In this document: one piece after another, positions 38,170 to 49,900 of the stretch
How positions within the stretch are numbered: position 1 is the first letter of the stretch
How the letters are laid out: each line of letters opens with the position of its first letter
DNA from: an uncultured delta proteobacterium
Lineage (GTDB): Bacteria > Desulfobacterota > Desulfobacteria > Desulfobacterales > B30-G6
Assembly (NCBI GenBank): GCA_963823335.1
Contig: CAWGLD010000004.1
Span: forward strand, 256,001 to 320,000
DNA: 64,000 nucleotides
Reading direction: 5' to 3'
Translations under genes and position numbers: made by a program
Notes under the pieces: model-generated
What the model was told of the DNA's origin: nothing
The model's input: only the letters and a program-made list of their open reading frames with translations
Databases searched by the model: none

Positions 38170-38748
38170 TCATGATTTTTTCTTCAATGCCCTGCCGATA
38201 TCGAAGGCCTTGCCGACATACGCTCCGACACCATGGTACACTTGGATGTCGGGACTGAAAAGAATGGGACGGACTTTCTCGATGTCTGGTTTACCATCAT
38301 CTCCCAAGACCTTTTCCTCCACCTTGACATCCAGTATCTCGCCCACAAAGTGTGTGTGCAACCCGATTTGATAGTGGTGAATGACACGGCATTCCAATAC
38401 CATGGGAAATTCTTCTACAAACGGGGCATCAACAAGTTTCGACCTTGTCGCTGTAAGTCCTGTTTGCGCAAACTTATCTTCGGTCCGGCCAGAAACGATA
38501 CCGAAGAAGTCTGCAGCTGCAGCGTGTGTTTCAGATGGAACGCTCAGGGTATAGGCTTTCCTCTGCATTATATTTCCATAGGTATAGGTGGCTTTGCGAA
38601 GTGAAACAGTTACACAGGGCGGACTGGAGCAGCAGATGCCTCCCCAGGCAATGGTCATTACGTTGGGACTTCCATGGGTGTCGTAGGACCCCACACACCA
38701 TACGGGCGTTGGAAAGACAAGTGTCTTGGAACCGAAAGATTTTTTCAT
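38170..38748 (-). CDS. Flavin reductase-family protein (flavoredoxin-like)
   Basis: PNVMTIAWGG, FGIVSGR..DKF, LECRV and HTHFVGEI. Confidence 0.9.
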   Translation of the reverse strand: MKKSFGSKTLVFPTPVWCVGSYDTHGSPNVMTIAWGGICCSSPPCVTVSLRKATYTYGNIMQRKAYTLSVPSETHAAAADFFGIVSGRTEDKFAQTGLTATRSKLVDAPFVEEFPMVLECRVIHHYQIGLHTHFVGEILDVKVEEKVLGDDGKPDIEKVRPILFSPDIQVYHGVGAYVGKAFDIGRALKKKS

Positions 38749-38915
38749 TGTGCGCACCCCCTGTGAGTAATTGCCAATGCTTTGGCGATGAACTTTCAGG
38801 AAATCTATAATTGCACAACAAAATAGTCAATGCCAAGCATGGGAATGGCTTTTCAGGGCAAGGGCTGCGCCAGCAGGATATGGGGATTGGTTGTTTTACA
38901 AACCGCACGATGGGC

Positions 38916-38942
38916 ACCCGGGTCCAAAGGGCCCGGCACTGA
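38916..38942 (+). repeat. Repeat family C, copy 1 (27-bp hairpin)
   Basis: ACCCGGGTCCAAAGGGCCCGGCACTGA; 26/27 identical to 63704-63730. Confidence 0.75.
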
Positions 38943-39022
38943 TTCAAACCTATAAGGGATTAATAGTATGCACATTCAGTGTGTGATAAATTCTAAATCC
39001 GACTATCGAAATACGAAACACG

Positions 39023-40441
39023 TTATGCTGCTCCCTCCAGGAGCCAGTTGATCACATCTGCTGTCTTATAGGATGCCCGATCCTTTAAAAAGCGCCCGAC
39101 GGTCATGATCCCGTCCCCGGAGGTGACTAGATTTTTTTCAACATATCCGCTCTTTCGCATCTGTCCCAGGCCGATGTTCGACATCAGCGCATTGCAGAGG
39201 CATTTCTTGCCTTTTATGTCATCTGCATTACCGCCTTTGGCAACAAAAACGGATTTTGGTTCCGCGGGGCAACGGTAGCCGATCTTGCCGTCGGGCTTTT
39301 CATAGAGATGCCTCAGGTACCCGAGGTCACACTTTCTGGATCTTTCCTGATAGGTCTCGTCCTCAGACAGCGATCCAGCAAGAGAGAGCACCTTAAAAGG
39401 GAATCCAGTGGGTGACGCAGAAGGATCTGTAAATACGGTAGCGGTTCCCTTGCGGATGTTTTCAATGGCCAGCTTCTTAATGTCCTCCGTGAAACCCGAT
39501 TCCTCTGAAAAAGCCAGCACCGTTCCAATTTGTATGCCTTTGGCCCCCAGGGCAATAGCCTCCTTCAACTTCTCCGGTGTTCCCCATGATCCCGCCAGCC
39601 AGAATGGCAGACCAAGGGCTTTTATTTTTTCGAGTTCGATGGCGTCCCGCTCACCATAGACCGGTTCTCCCAGATCATTCAATACGAGTTTTCCCCTGGG
39701 TGGTGCATTGTGTCCACCGGCTTCAGGCAGCTCCACAACAAATCCATCCACTCTGCCGTTAGCCTTTTTAGCCATCATGGTGGCCAGCAAAACTGACGAG
39801 ACAATCGATAAAAATCTGGGCCGTTTCAGCGGGGGCATCTTTTTCTGCAAGAAAGCTTTTGGATCGAAGGTTGCGTGAAAGCGATTGCCATTGAGAGCCC
39901 CCACAGCTATCTTGAGCGACACCTCCTGGTGATCTGCCAGGAGATCCAGGACACCAGGAATCTCACGTGGTATGCCCGCCCCCATGATGACATAATCCAC
40001 GCCGGCAAGCATGGCACCGTATAGAGCGAACATATTCGGCAGTTGAACCTTCTCCAGCAGGTTTGTGCCCACAGGGTTGTCATGCCCTTCCTTGGCAAGG
40101 AACACCTCAGCAAAATTAGCCACCACCGTCAATTCCATGGTCTGCTGATCCGTATCGATAGATATCATGGGAGGGGTCGTGAACGGTCGTGGTCCGGAAT
40201 TGTCGGCAGGTCTGTAGTAACGGGCCAGGACTCTGTCCACTATACCGGTATCCGGAAAGTGTCCCATTGCCCGCTGCATGTGTCCTCCGGGATCTCCGAG
40301 CTGCAGTCTGCGGGAAAAAATCGTATCGAGGGCGGTGCCGGAGATTACTCCCAGCTGCCCTGTCCGGGAAACGGCCTGTGCCAGCTGCCAGTTCGATACA
40401 CCGGCCCCCATGCCGCCCTGAATGATCGTCGGGTATGTCAT
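39023..40441 (-). CDS. Nitronate monooxygenase/FabK-like FMN enzyme
   Basis: IIQGGMG, MGAGIP, AGGH, GIQIGT and SPTGFP; C-terminal CDLGYL..KCLCNAL. Confidence 0.85.
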   Translation of the reverse strand: MTYPTIIQGGMGAGVSNWQLAQAVSRTGQLGVISGTALDTIFSRRLQLGDPGGHMQRAMGHFPDTGIVDRVLARYYRPADNSGPRPFTTPPMISIDTDQQTMELTVVANFAEVFLAKEGHDNPVGTNLLEKVQLPNMFALYGAMLAGVDYVIMGAGIPREIPGVLDLLADHQEVSLKIAVGALNGNRFHATFDPKAFLQKKMPPLKRPRFLSIVSSVLLATMMAKKANGRVDGFVVELPEAGGHNAPPRGKLVLNDLGEPVYGERDAIELEKIKALGLPFWLAGSWGTPEKLKEAIALGAKGIQIGTVLAFSEESGFTEDIKKLAIENIRKGTATVFTDPSASPTGFPFKVLSLAGSLSEDETYQERSRKCDLGYLRHLYEKPDGKIGYRCPAEPKSVFVAKGGNADDIKGKKCLCNALMSNIGLGQMRKSGYVEKNLVTSGDGIMTVGRFLKDRASYKTADVINWLLEGAA

Positions 40442-40508
40442 CGGTTCCCCCAAATAAAACCGCATAATAATTTAGAACACGCGCCGTTGTCCTCTTTTTG
40501 GCGCGAAG

Positions 40509-40559
40509 TTGAAGAACTGCGCATAAAACCACGCTGAATGCGCTTTCTGTTGCGGTTCA
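40509..40559 (+). repeat. Repeat family A, degenerate short form
   Basis: TTGAAGAACTGCGCATAAAACCACGCTGAATGCGCTTTCTGTTGCGGTTCA. Confidence 0.65.
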
Positions 40560-40795
40560 GTTTAAAAAATACTCGCTAATTATTAGGGTAATTGAAAGAC
40601 GGTTGCAAGTTTGACAATGAGGATGACAAATCTTTTACAAACAACTTCTGAGAAGTGCCTTTTATAAGCAAGCCAGGCTTCCGATAAGGATTGTCTTATT
40701 GACAATAAAAGCGGGTTATAATAGTTTACGAAAAAATTAATTCTGTACATGGACTGGTTGGAAACATTTCTCACCATTGATGCGAGGATTTTGAT

Positions 40796-42106
40796 ATGTC
40801 TCCAGATTCCAACAACAAAGCCACTTACTACGGCAGGATCCTGAACGGTGATTTCGGTCCAGAACTCAAAGAGAAATTAAGAAAGGCAATTCCTGCTTTT
40901 CATGTCTTTGACCAGGCAGGCTCGCCGGCCATCCCCTATATTTCTGCCTGGCAGGGAAACGAAAAGAATATCTGGTATGAATTCGTTAGCCGGAAATTCC
41001 TGGCCCTTCTTGATTGCGGCCCCACCAATATCGCAGATATACTTCGCTCGGCCATTGTGGACCGCCGGATATACAAATCCAGTTTTGCCGATCCCCTGGA
41101 CGCCACAGAAGTTACCAGCCGCGAGGAACTGAACGCATTCCGGGAAGTGCTCCGTGAGAAAAGCGAAAAAACAGGTCTCATCGAAGCCGTGTACCAACTC
41201 AAGCTTTCATCGGACAAACCTATCTGGCTGAAAGATCAGGCCATGATCGTGACCTATCCTGAAGATGCCACATCCCTGTCTTTTGGTTGTCTAACCATCG
41301 TCACCACCGAAATGGAAGTCGAGGAAGAACGTCAGCGCTTGATATCAGAAAAAAGCCGCCTGGAAAATCAGCTTCAAAAAATACATCATTTCGAGGCCAT
41401 CGGAAACCTGGCAGAAGGAATCGCCCATGACCTCAATCAGAAGATTCTCGGCATCGAAAGAAATATCGCTGCAACCATCGAAAGTCTCGGGAACGATTAC
41501 CACGGTGATTCTTCAGCCTTTCAGGATTATCAGAACCTGAAAACAGCTGAACAGCAGATCAAGGATATCAAGCATATTTCCAGCCAGTTGTTGATCTTTG
41601 CCGGAAAGGGCGACTACAACTATTACGAAACCGATCTGAATGAAATCATGACCTATGCACTGCGGGAATTCCGACTGATGATGCCGGCGGTGGAACTGAA
41701 GATACAGTGTCAGGACAATCTATGGAAAGTGAGTTCAGACCGTGCCATGATCAGCCGTGCCCTGTTGAACATCTGCCGGCACGCAGCGCAGCTGGCACCC
41801 GAAACCCGGGAGATTGAAATAGAATCCCGAAACATCACCCTGTCACCCCAGTTTGTGGAACCCTACAGAAGAGATCCGGGTGACTATGTTCTGTTACGTG
41901 TAACAAATCCTATCGCTATACTGGATGAAAATGACGTGGGTCAGGTTCTCGAACCGTTCAGCAACACTGACCGAGGCCTGCGGATGGCATCTGCATTCGG
42001 TATCGTCAAGAAACATAGCGGTGTCCTGACAGTGTCCAGCGATACTCAAAAAGGCTCTGTTTTCAGCGTATATCTGCCGACAAGCAACTCCCAATATGGG
42101 AATTAG
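40796..42106 (+). CDS. Cytoplasmic PAS-like plus HisKA protein with a degenerate HATPase domain
   Basis: H-box GIAHDLN intact; N, G1 and G2 boxes altered. Confidence 0.8.
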   Translation: MSPDSNNKATYYGRILNGDFGPELKEKLRKAIPAFHVFDQAGSPAIPYISAWQGNEKNIWYEFVSRKFLALLDCGPTNIADILRSAIVDRRIYKSSFADPLDATEVTSREELNAFREVLREKSEKTGLIEAVYQLKLSSDKPIWLKDQAMIVTYPEDATSLSFGCLTIVTTEMEVEEERQRLISEKSRLENQLQKIHHFEAIGNLAEGIAHDLNQKILGIERNIAATIESLGNDYHGDSSAFQDYQNLKTAEQQIKDIKHISSQLLIFAGKGDYNYYETDLNEIMTYALREFRLMMPAVELKIQCQDNLWKVSSDRAMISRALLNICRHAAQLAPETREIEIESRNITLSPQFVEPYRRDPGDYVLLRVTNPIAILDENDVGQVLEPFSNTDRGLRMASAFGIVKKHSGVLTVSSDTQKGSVFSVYLPTSNSQYGN

Positions 42107-43245
42107 GGTCGTCCCCTGCGCTCCTCGGACAACGGCATCAAGACGGCAGACAGACCGAGCATACCGAATAAAACCCCCACTGTGACGGGAAGCCCTTCTG
42201 GTCCTAACAGGTCCATGGCGGTTCCGGCAATTGAAGGGCCGATGATCCCGCCGATTCCCCACATCAGACCAAATGCGGAATTTCCGGCCAGCAGAAGTGT
42301 GCCGGAGAATCGATCTCCAAGCTCGACCATGGCAACGGTATACGTCCCAAATGCAACCGCACCCCAGACAAACAGCATGGGCCATATCCATAAGGAGCCT
42401 TCGATCCACCAGGCCAGGAAACCACATCCGGCCACGGTTCCAAAGGCAAGATAGCACAAAAGATTTTTTCGGGAAATGCGATCAGCCAGCCAGCCAATGG
42501 GGAGTTGAAGCAGGACATTTCCGATAATGAGAACCATAAGCAAATATGATGCGGTCGCTTCGCTAAGACCGTGCCGCAAACTGTAAATCGGCAGCAGCGA
42601 TATCATTACCTGGTCGAAAAGAGCGGCGAAAGCGACGGCCATTAAAAGCAGGGGCGCCATCACAAAGATCGAAAACATGGAAGCCTTTTCCGAGCCGTTG
42701 AAATCCGGCAGATGGGCTCTGGCAGATACAATAAGCGGTAGTGCCAGGAGTATCCCGACGGCAGCCACCAGAAATGGCAACCAGCCCTGAGAACCGATTA
42801 TGGCAATTGTCAACGGCCCCAGGGCGAATCCGGCAGCTGCGACGGTGGTGTAAAGACCGATGATCCGACCCCGTATCTGGGGTGGTGCCAACTGATTGAT
42901 CCAGGTTTCGCTGGTAATAAAAATACCGGTGTTGACAATACCAAGCAAAAACCGCAATAGAAACCAACTGCCTAGATCTCTGAAAACAGCCAGCAGTAGC
43001 AATATGACAGCTGCCATGCACAGACTGGAAACACACAAGGACCAAGCGCCGAAACGTCTTGCCAGCGATGGCATAAAGGGAGACGAAACAATAATGCCCA
43101 GGGGCGTCATGGCCGCGTTCAGACCAATCAGGCCGGTACTGACGCCCATGCTGTCAAGAATCAGGGACAACAGCGGATAACTGAGTCCTAAGGTCAGGCA
43201 GAAGATCCCGATAGCGGCAATGGATACAATAATACCCGGATTCAT
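42103..43245 (-). CDS. MFS transporter
   Basis: About 12 TM helices; ETWINQLA..RGRIIGLY and PIGWLADRI.R; ATGA overlap with the radical SAM gene. Confidence 0.9.
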   Translation of the reverse strand: MNPGIIVSIAAIGIFCLTLGLSYPLLSLILDSMGVSTGLIGLNAAMTPLGIIVSSPFMPSLARRFGAWSLCVSSLCMAAVILLLLAVFRDLGSWFLLRFLLGIVNTGIFITSETWINQLAPPQIRGRIIGLYTTVAAAGFALGPLTIAIIGSQGWLPFLVAAVGILLALPLIVSARAHLPDFNGSEKASMFSIFVMAPLLLMAVAFAALFDQVMISLLPIYSLRHGLSEATASYLLMVLIIGNVLLQLPIGWLADRISRKNLLCYLAFGTVAGCGFLAWWIEGSLWIWPMLFVWGAVAFGTYTVAMVELGDRFSGTLLLAGNSAFGLMWGIGGIIGPSIAGTAMDLLGPEGLPVTVGVLFGMLGLSAVLMPLSEERRGRP

Positions 43246-44285
43246 CTGCCTTCCTGGGCTTCGACACCCTCTTTTATCAGGTCCAGTACACGGTCTTTTT
43301 CTTCGGGAAATTTGTATCCTTCGTAGCTCTGGGTAAACAAAAGCTGCCCGTTTCGATTGACCCAGCCATTTCCGGCATGGTCGAAACAAACCTTGGAAGT
43401 GACATCCAGGGTTTCTATCAGAAGCTTCAGTTCGATCAGCACTTCCCTGGGTGACAGCAGTGTAAGGGTCCCCTTTTCATAGGCATCATGGATCGGTGTG
43501 CCGGGCCACGGCGAAAACGGCCGGGAACGGATATAGTGCGGATCGATACCGTTCAATACCCGAGCCGTGTTCCGGGCATGATTCTCCCAGTCTTCTTTGC
43601 CACCCAGACCGGGCATCCAGTACTCAGACAACTGGAAACCGGCTTTGATGGCCTTTTTACCACCCTCGATGTGTTCCTCCCCGGTGACACCTTTTCTTAT
43701 CTTTTTCAACAGGGTGTCGTCCCCGGTTTCCAGGCCCACATGCAGCCGATCCAGACCGGCTTTCCGGATAGCGGTCAATTCCGCCTGGGGTTTTCTCGCC
43801 AAGGTCTTTGCACGGGCATAGGTGGTGCACCGCTCCAGGGAGGGAAACGTGCTGCGAAGATAGGTGAGTACATCAACCAGTTTGTCACTGGCCATCATCA
43901 GGCTGTTTCCATCCTGTAAAAAGACAGTTTTTGCCCCGGATGACAGCCAGTTCAGAACCATGCCAAAACCCTGGCTGGAGTTGAGTTGCGGTTCTTTTTC
44001 GATCATGGCAATGATCGTGTCTCTATCGATCTGCCCGCCGTGACCGAGTTCTTGGGAAATAGACTGCATATCGTTGATCAGTCCGGCGATGGTATCGATA
44101 TCGCCCTTGATCTCCTCAGCGGTTCTGAGAGAAAATTTCTCGTGTTTGTACATGCCGCAAAAAGTGCAGTTGTTCCACGGGCAGTTCCGGGTAAAACGCA
44201 ACAGCAGGGAGAAACTTCCCCCCTCACTCGGTGGTCGGTACATCCCCACTTCAAAATCGTATTTTCCAGCCTTCTCAGGTGCCAT
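43242..44285 (-). CDS. Radical SAM protein
   Basis: YRPPSE, CPWNNCTFC, FLQDGN and HVGLETG. Confidence 0.9.
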   Translation of the reverse strand: MAPEKAGKYDFEVGMYRPPSEGGSFSLLLRFTRNCPWNNCTFCGMYKHEKFSLRTAEEIKGDIDTIAGLINDMQSISQELGHGGQIDRDTIIAMIEKEPQLNSSQGFGMVLNWLSSGAKTVFLQDGNSLMMASDKLVDVLTYLRSTFPSLERCTTYARAKTLARKPQAELTAIRKAGLDRLHVGLETGDDTLLKKIRKGVTGEEHIEGGKKAIKAGFQLSEYWMPGLGGKEDWENHARNTARVLNGIDPHYIRSRPFSPWPGTPIHDAYEKGTLTLLSPREVLIELKLLIETLDVTSKVCFDHAGNGWVNRNGQLLFTQSYEGYKFPEEKDRVLDLIKEGVEAQEGR

Positions 44286-44528
44286 TGTGACTATCCTTTC
44301 TAAAGTTTCTCTTCTTAGGTTCTGATAAAATCGTCGATTAAATTTAATATGTATATCTTTTCTGAATTGTAAATACAAAGAGATCAAGAAGATACGCTAG
44401 GCCCGAGACATTGTTCGGGAAGAGCATAGAAACGGGAATATGATCTGCTGGCAGCTTCAGTTATTTTTATCGAAAACACCGTGTAAAAATCGAATGGCGC
44501 CAAGAAGTATGGAGAGCCACGCTGGTTT

Positions 44529-46454
44529 TCATCCGCCAATGAGGCACTTTCTGATATTCTCCCACTTACTATTTTTCACCCAGGAATATTTCTCAAAATA
44601 CAGCTTGTCGCTGGAGAAAAACGTTCCCTCGTTCTTACGCTTGAGAATGTTCTCAAACTGCCCAGGTCCGCCATTATACATCGCATAAACAATTCTCGCG
44701 AAGGTGTCGTCATCCAGGACCTTTCCAGCCTTCATTTTCTTTATCCTATCCAAGGTGTACTTTCTTAAATAAAGCTCGAGAATTTCACAGCCTGCTGCAG
44801 TGTTGTATCGTATGTCCCATCGCAGATGGTGCACGTCGTACATGCCTCGCCAAATGCGTTCGTTTACCTGCATCAAACCCACGGAGGTACGGTTGTAGGA
44901 CTGAAGGTAAGTCACTTTCTGCTTCCTCACTCTAAATTGCCTGAAACAGCTTTCCTGCCAGGCGGTGGAGAGTACGATCAGGCGATAGAGATCGTGGTAT
45001 TTCTCCTCGATCTTGCTGTCATTCAAAGCACCATCAGAGGCTTCCTCTACAAGAGAGATAACACGCTCAACGTACGTTTTGTAGTTTTTCTTCGAGAAGA
45101 CCCATGGTTTAATGTCCTTGAACGTAATCGTCGGCTTATCCGCTTTTGCCCAGGCTGGTTTACCCATAAAGGACATTATCAGCTTCTCAAAACTGGAATC
45201 TTCATCTTCATTGAAATCGATTTCTTCTCCCTCTATCTCAAATTCCTCCATATGGGTGACCGGAGTTGATGCTTCAGGTGGTGCACCAAGACCAAGAACC
45301 CTCCTAAGTTCTGAATTTACGCCGGGACGATAATCTAGAGTCAATGATTTATCTTCCGCTAACAATCGTGCCAGACGGATTAAACCGTTGCGACTGATCT
45401 CTATCCCCATGGTGGGACTAATTTTATCTAAAGCCGATAAAGCGTCGGCAGCTGTAAAAAAAGCCAGGTAGCCGAAGAGAGATTTAGAGGGGTCATCACC
45501 CAGCTGTTTTCTAAAAATGGGCGACAAATTATCCCATGTCGATATGAATTGCTTCCTGACAAAATCCCTTTCCACCGTTCCCTCCAACAGGCCGGTGACA
45601 AATCGATGCCGGATTTCCAAGAGGGTATCCAAAAGAATCTGACGATCAGGTTCAGATATAGGCTCGTTTGAGAGCGAAGTAATCATTAACACCAAAAAAG
45701 AGTCCCAAGCTTCCCAGGTATCGATAAATACCGCCAATTCCTCTGTGAAGAGCTGCTCTCTTTCAATGTCACTATCCTTTTTAAAGGTTTCAACAACCTC
45801 CGTAAGAATTCCGATTTGTAATGCTTCAGAAGTTGGGTTGATTTTCCCCGGTCTCATGCTTTCCAACATTCTTTGCACATTGGCTTGAAGATCAATGGGA
45901 AATAGTTCCACCAAGACTGGCTTTAGCTCCAAGACTGGCGGCGCAAGATTAATCGTAATGCCCTCTAAATATTCATAAACATATGTTTTGGTCAGATCCC
46001 AGACAACTCCAGTAATTTTTGATGGTCTGTGATGTTTGTCATATAGAGTAGACTCAACAGTGTGAAAAGATAGGTTCCATTTGCTATCAACTAATGGTGT
46101 TTGAACCAAAGCGAGGTACCCTTCCCATTCAACAGGCATTACGCAATTGTTCAGAATGAGGGTGCCTGCAACCACACGAACTTTCGTTTCAAACAGAATA
46201 TGCGCGCTTTCTTCTCTGATGCTTGGTTCTGAGATCGTAATTTTCATGCAACCATCATTTTCATTTACCAATATGGCGGTTTGGCCTGGATCTGTGTAAG
46301 CGGTCTTGATTATGATCGATTTAAGTAGTTGATAGTCGATTGATATTGGTAAAGAGACGGTTTCTGTGGAGGCTTGTGCCTGTATCGGGGAGAATAAAAC
46401 AGGTACAGACAAAAGGAGAAGGGCCGTGATTAAAAAACCAGATATTGTTTTCAT
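44529..46454 (-). CDS. Exported protein with a C-terminal lytic transglycosylase (SLT) domain
   Basis: Signal peptide; AWQES, GLMQVN and YAMYNGG motifs. Confidence 0.85.
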   Translation of the reverse strand: MKTISGFLITALLLLSVPVLFSPIQAQASTETVSLPISIDYQLLKSIIIKTAYTDPGQTAILVNENDGCMKITISEPSIREESAHILFETKVRVVAGTLILNNCVMPVEWEGYLALVQTPLVDSKWNLSFHTVESTLYDKHHRPSKITGVVWDLTKTYVYEYLEGITINLAPPVLELKPVLVELFPIDLQANVQRMLESMRPGKINPTSEALQIGILTEVVETFKKDSDIEREQLFTEELAVFIDTWEAWDSFLVLMITSLSNEPISEPDRQILLDTLLEIRHRFVTGLLEGTVERDFVRKQFISTWDNLSPIFRKQLGDDPSKSLFGYLAFFTAADALSALDKISPTMGIEISRNGLIRLARLLAEDKSLTLDYRPGVNSELRRVLGLGAPPEASTPVTHMEEFEIEGEEIDFNEDEDSSFEKLIMSFMGKPAWAKADKPTITFKDIKPWVFSKKNYKTYVERVISLVEEASDGALNDSKIEEKYHDLYRLIVLSTAWQESCFRQFRVRKQKVTYLQSYNRTSVGLMQVNERIWRGMYDVHHLRWDIRYNTAAGCEILELYLRKYTLDRIKKMKAGKVLDDDTFARIVYAMYNGGPGQFENILKRKNEGTFFSSDKLYFEKYSWVKNSKWENIRKCLIGG

Positions 46455-46643
46455 TTTACCTAATTTGCAATAAGTATTTCTTATCGATCAACAGGTTGCC
46501 GAGTAAATTAACAATATTGACTAAAAATATACAACACCAATGGACTTCATATCATCTGAAATTTAACTTATCGAAAAGCTTAGGTAAATACAAGAATATA
46601 AGATGGCTGGAGGGAGGCAAAGTAAATAGGTGTGCATCTGTAC

Positions 46644-46678
46644 CCAAAAAAACTCCCCACTGCTGAAATGGGGAGTTT
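46644..46678 (-). terminator. Intrinsic terminator downstream of the DUF748 gene
   Basis: AAACTCCCCA/TGGGGAGTTT stem running into a T-tract on the minus strand. Confidence 0.65.
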
Positions 46679-46917
46679 CACTCTCAAATGCCGTCAACGT
46701 TTTCTGCTTTGTTGTTTATTGTTAGCGACATAAATAATTGCGCATTACCATTTTTCAGACAATCCATTAATAAAAGCCTTGTCTGTATTATGCGCAATTT
46801 CATTGGACAGCACTGTCATTTATTAACGAAAGGAAAGATATCTGTGAAGAGCTTTTCTCCTGCTGGGTCTGCCGTGCTTCCAGGTTTAATCCTGCCTGGG
46901 CAGGCTTGCCTGGTTTC

Positions 46918-46939
46918 ATGCGCTCGCTGTTGCGGTTCA
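46918..46939 (+). repeat. Repeat family A, right-end fragment
   Basis: ATGCGCTCGCTGTTGCGGTTCA. Confidence 0.75.
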
Positions 46940-46947
46940 GCGATCCG

Positions 46948-49900
46948 TCATTGAAGAATCTCGAGTTCCAACTTTGCCTGAGCAGACTTGCCGGGTTTCA
47001 GGGCTTTCGGTTTTTTAACGTCGATCCTGTCTTCTGAGACTCCCCTTATTTCAATCATCTCCAGGACGATTGCCAGGGACCTGGATTGACCCAGCTGTAT
47101 CAGTGCGGATTCCGGCAGAGGCTCGTCAACGACCATTTGGCGATAAAGCGTTTTCCAAAGGGCGGCAGGGTCGGAAATCTTGACCTCCTGGGTGGATGCC
47201 GCTGCCTGCTCCCCGGTTTTGGCCGGAGTTTGTTCGGCGGCGGTCTTGATTTCACCCAATCTCTCTTTGCCATATCGTTCCGTAAAAACTGCCTCCAGCA
47301 CAGACTGGATGGCGGGGTTACCGAAATCCAGGGCACCGGGGGCCTCACCGGGTATCAGTGTCACTCCCTGCCGCTCCGCAATATATTTTTTCAGCTGCAT
47401 CGCTTTCAGAGCCTTGCCGTCCTTCTTCTCGCTGTATCGTCCTTGAACCAGAAGTTTCAGTTTCGGGCGTTTCTCGAGTGCCTTGGCCAGATTAGCCAGT
47501 TTTTCCACCTCCGGCGGCAGCAATTCGGCAAAGCCGTCTTCAAACTCAATGACGTCGAGCTTCTCGGTATCCACTCCCAGCAGCGCGCCCAGGGCACGAA
47601 AAGGCGAAGCAGCTATCTTGTTGATCAGATTGGTAAACGCCCCCCAGATAAGCTGGCCATAGCGAAATTTGGGATCTGCCAGATCACCCCTTACGGGCAG
47701 CGCAATATCGATGATGCCGTCGGCATCCTCCAGAATGGCGATGGCCAGATTCAGAGGCAAGGAAACAGCATCCGGACTGTCGATCTTTTTCCCCAGTTTG
47801 ATGCGTTCTACAATGATCTGATTGTCACCCTTGATCTTGCCATTCTCGACAAAATACTTTGACTCCGAGGACAACTTTCCGGAATCGATCCGTCGACCCA
47901 CAAATTTTCCGGAATATGGCGTCAAACTTGCCATTTCCAGATTCCGAAAAAGAACCGACATGTCCGTGTAAACAGTGGGGTCAAAGATACTGATTTCTCC
48001 GTCGATTTTCGATATGCCGTACGCATCCACACGACCATCAAGTTTGACCCGGGCGCGGGCGCCCGGTTCCGTTGACATACCGGTAATGGCGCCGTCTAGC
48101 TGATGAATTTTTACTGTGAATTTGGAACGCAGACTGTAATCGGCAAAAAGCAGACCGCCGTCCGCAACCTGCAGTTTATGGATATAGACCGGAAAGGCGG
48201 AACCCTCAACTTTTGGAGCATCTTCAACTTCTTTCTTTGCCGGTTCCACATCTTCGTGCTTGAATGCATTGGCGAGATTGAGAGAACCATCCTCAAGAAT
48301 GATGAACTGCCCGTCCAGCCCGGAGAGTTTCAGATCTGTTACTTCCAGACGGTCCGGCTGCAGCTGAAATGTGAGATCCGACGTCAGGAAGTGTTTCCAC
48401 CCCAGCAATGTCTTCTTGGATCCTGCCTCCAGAATCTGGAGATCTGCCACATCGAAACCGCCTCGAAACTGAATCTTCGGCTGGTTTTCTTTTTCCTGGT
48501 AGGCAAACTGTCCCCGGGTGGAAATCGTTCCCGAGGCCACGTTTAAGGAGGCCTGTGACTTGAGGTAGGCTTCAAAGGGTGACAGGGCAAGGGCGGAGAT
48601 ATCCAAGTCTGCCATGACAGACGGTTCCGCAGGATCGATGCGGCCTTGAACCGCAAAGTGCCCCCCTTCCCGGATATCAAAAGACAGATCCACGGGCATC
48701 TGAGACTTACCGTCAATGTTGGAAGCCGCCACATGCAGATTGTCCAGATGGAGAATCTCTCCTTCCTGCTTGACGGTGCGATCGCTGAAGAATACACCGA
48801 AGTTTGCAAGCTCGACAGCCCTGATTAAATATTGAAACGATGACTCCCCGGTATTCCCGGATGACCCTGGTGTCTTTTCAGTGTCGGTTCTCTCCCCTAA
48901 AAACAGACCCGCCAAATTCAGCCGGCCATCCTTTTCCCGGGAGACATCGATGTCGCCGTTCTGAAAATGTATACTTTCGATGGCCAGAGCATTACGTCCA
49001 AGGTCATAACTACCCCCCTTGAGAAGCCATTTTTCTATGCTGATTTCAGGATCAGGTGTATCCGGATTTCCAATCTGAATGTCGTTTAGACCAAAGGAGA
49101 CCTCCGTGACCTGCAGGTCGGTTCCTGCCCGGCCTGACACCAGCGCCAGTTGAAACGTCCCGTCCATATCGGTGACACCCGCATGCAGCATGGGCATCCG
49201 GCTTTGATCCTGATACTGGAACTTGATATCCCGCAGTTCCACCCCCGACACCTTGATTTCCCAGGGATTTTCCTGGGATGCGTCAGTGCCCGGATCCGGT
49301 GCCTGCGGAGGTGCGGGTGCTGAATCGTCTGCCTTGGAACCGGCAGCGAACCTGCTCCAGTTGAGATGACCGTCACCATCAATGGTAACCGCGGTCTTTC
49401 CACCTTCGAACAAAATCTTTTGGACATCCACGGTCTGACGCGTCACATCCACCAGGGGGGCCTTAATCTCCAGCCGGGACAATTCCAGCAAGGGCAAATC
49501 GTCTCCTGGAATTTGCATGACCAATTCCGCGAGGATGAATTCGAGGTTGTTGAGACGTATGGATGGCTCCGCCTGCCCTAAATCGATCTCATATGCGGTG
49601 TGAAGGTCGAATTTTCCCTCCGGGTTATCGATGGCCGCGCTGTCCCGGAAAAACTGCCATACCTTGGCCAAATGGATATCGCTGAAGCTTAAACGGCCGC
49701 TGGATCGGAAGGGGTGCAAGGTAATCTCACCCGTCCATTCAAACGACGCCTTTTCCGGGGTGGTTGCCGTCAGACTGTAGGGTCCTACCCGATCCGGAAG
49801 CGTGGATATGTCATGCAACTCGAGGTTGAGGGGACGAACGGCAATCGTGGCCGGTACAGACTGGCGTTGATCTGTATAGATAAGCTCACCCTCGGTGATC

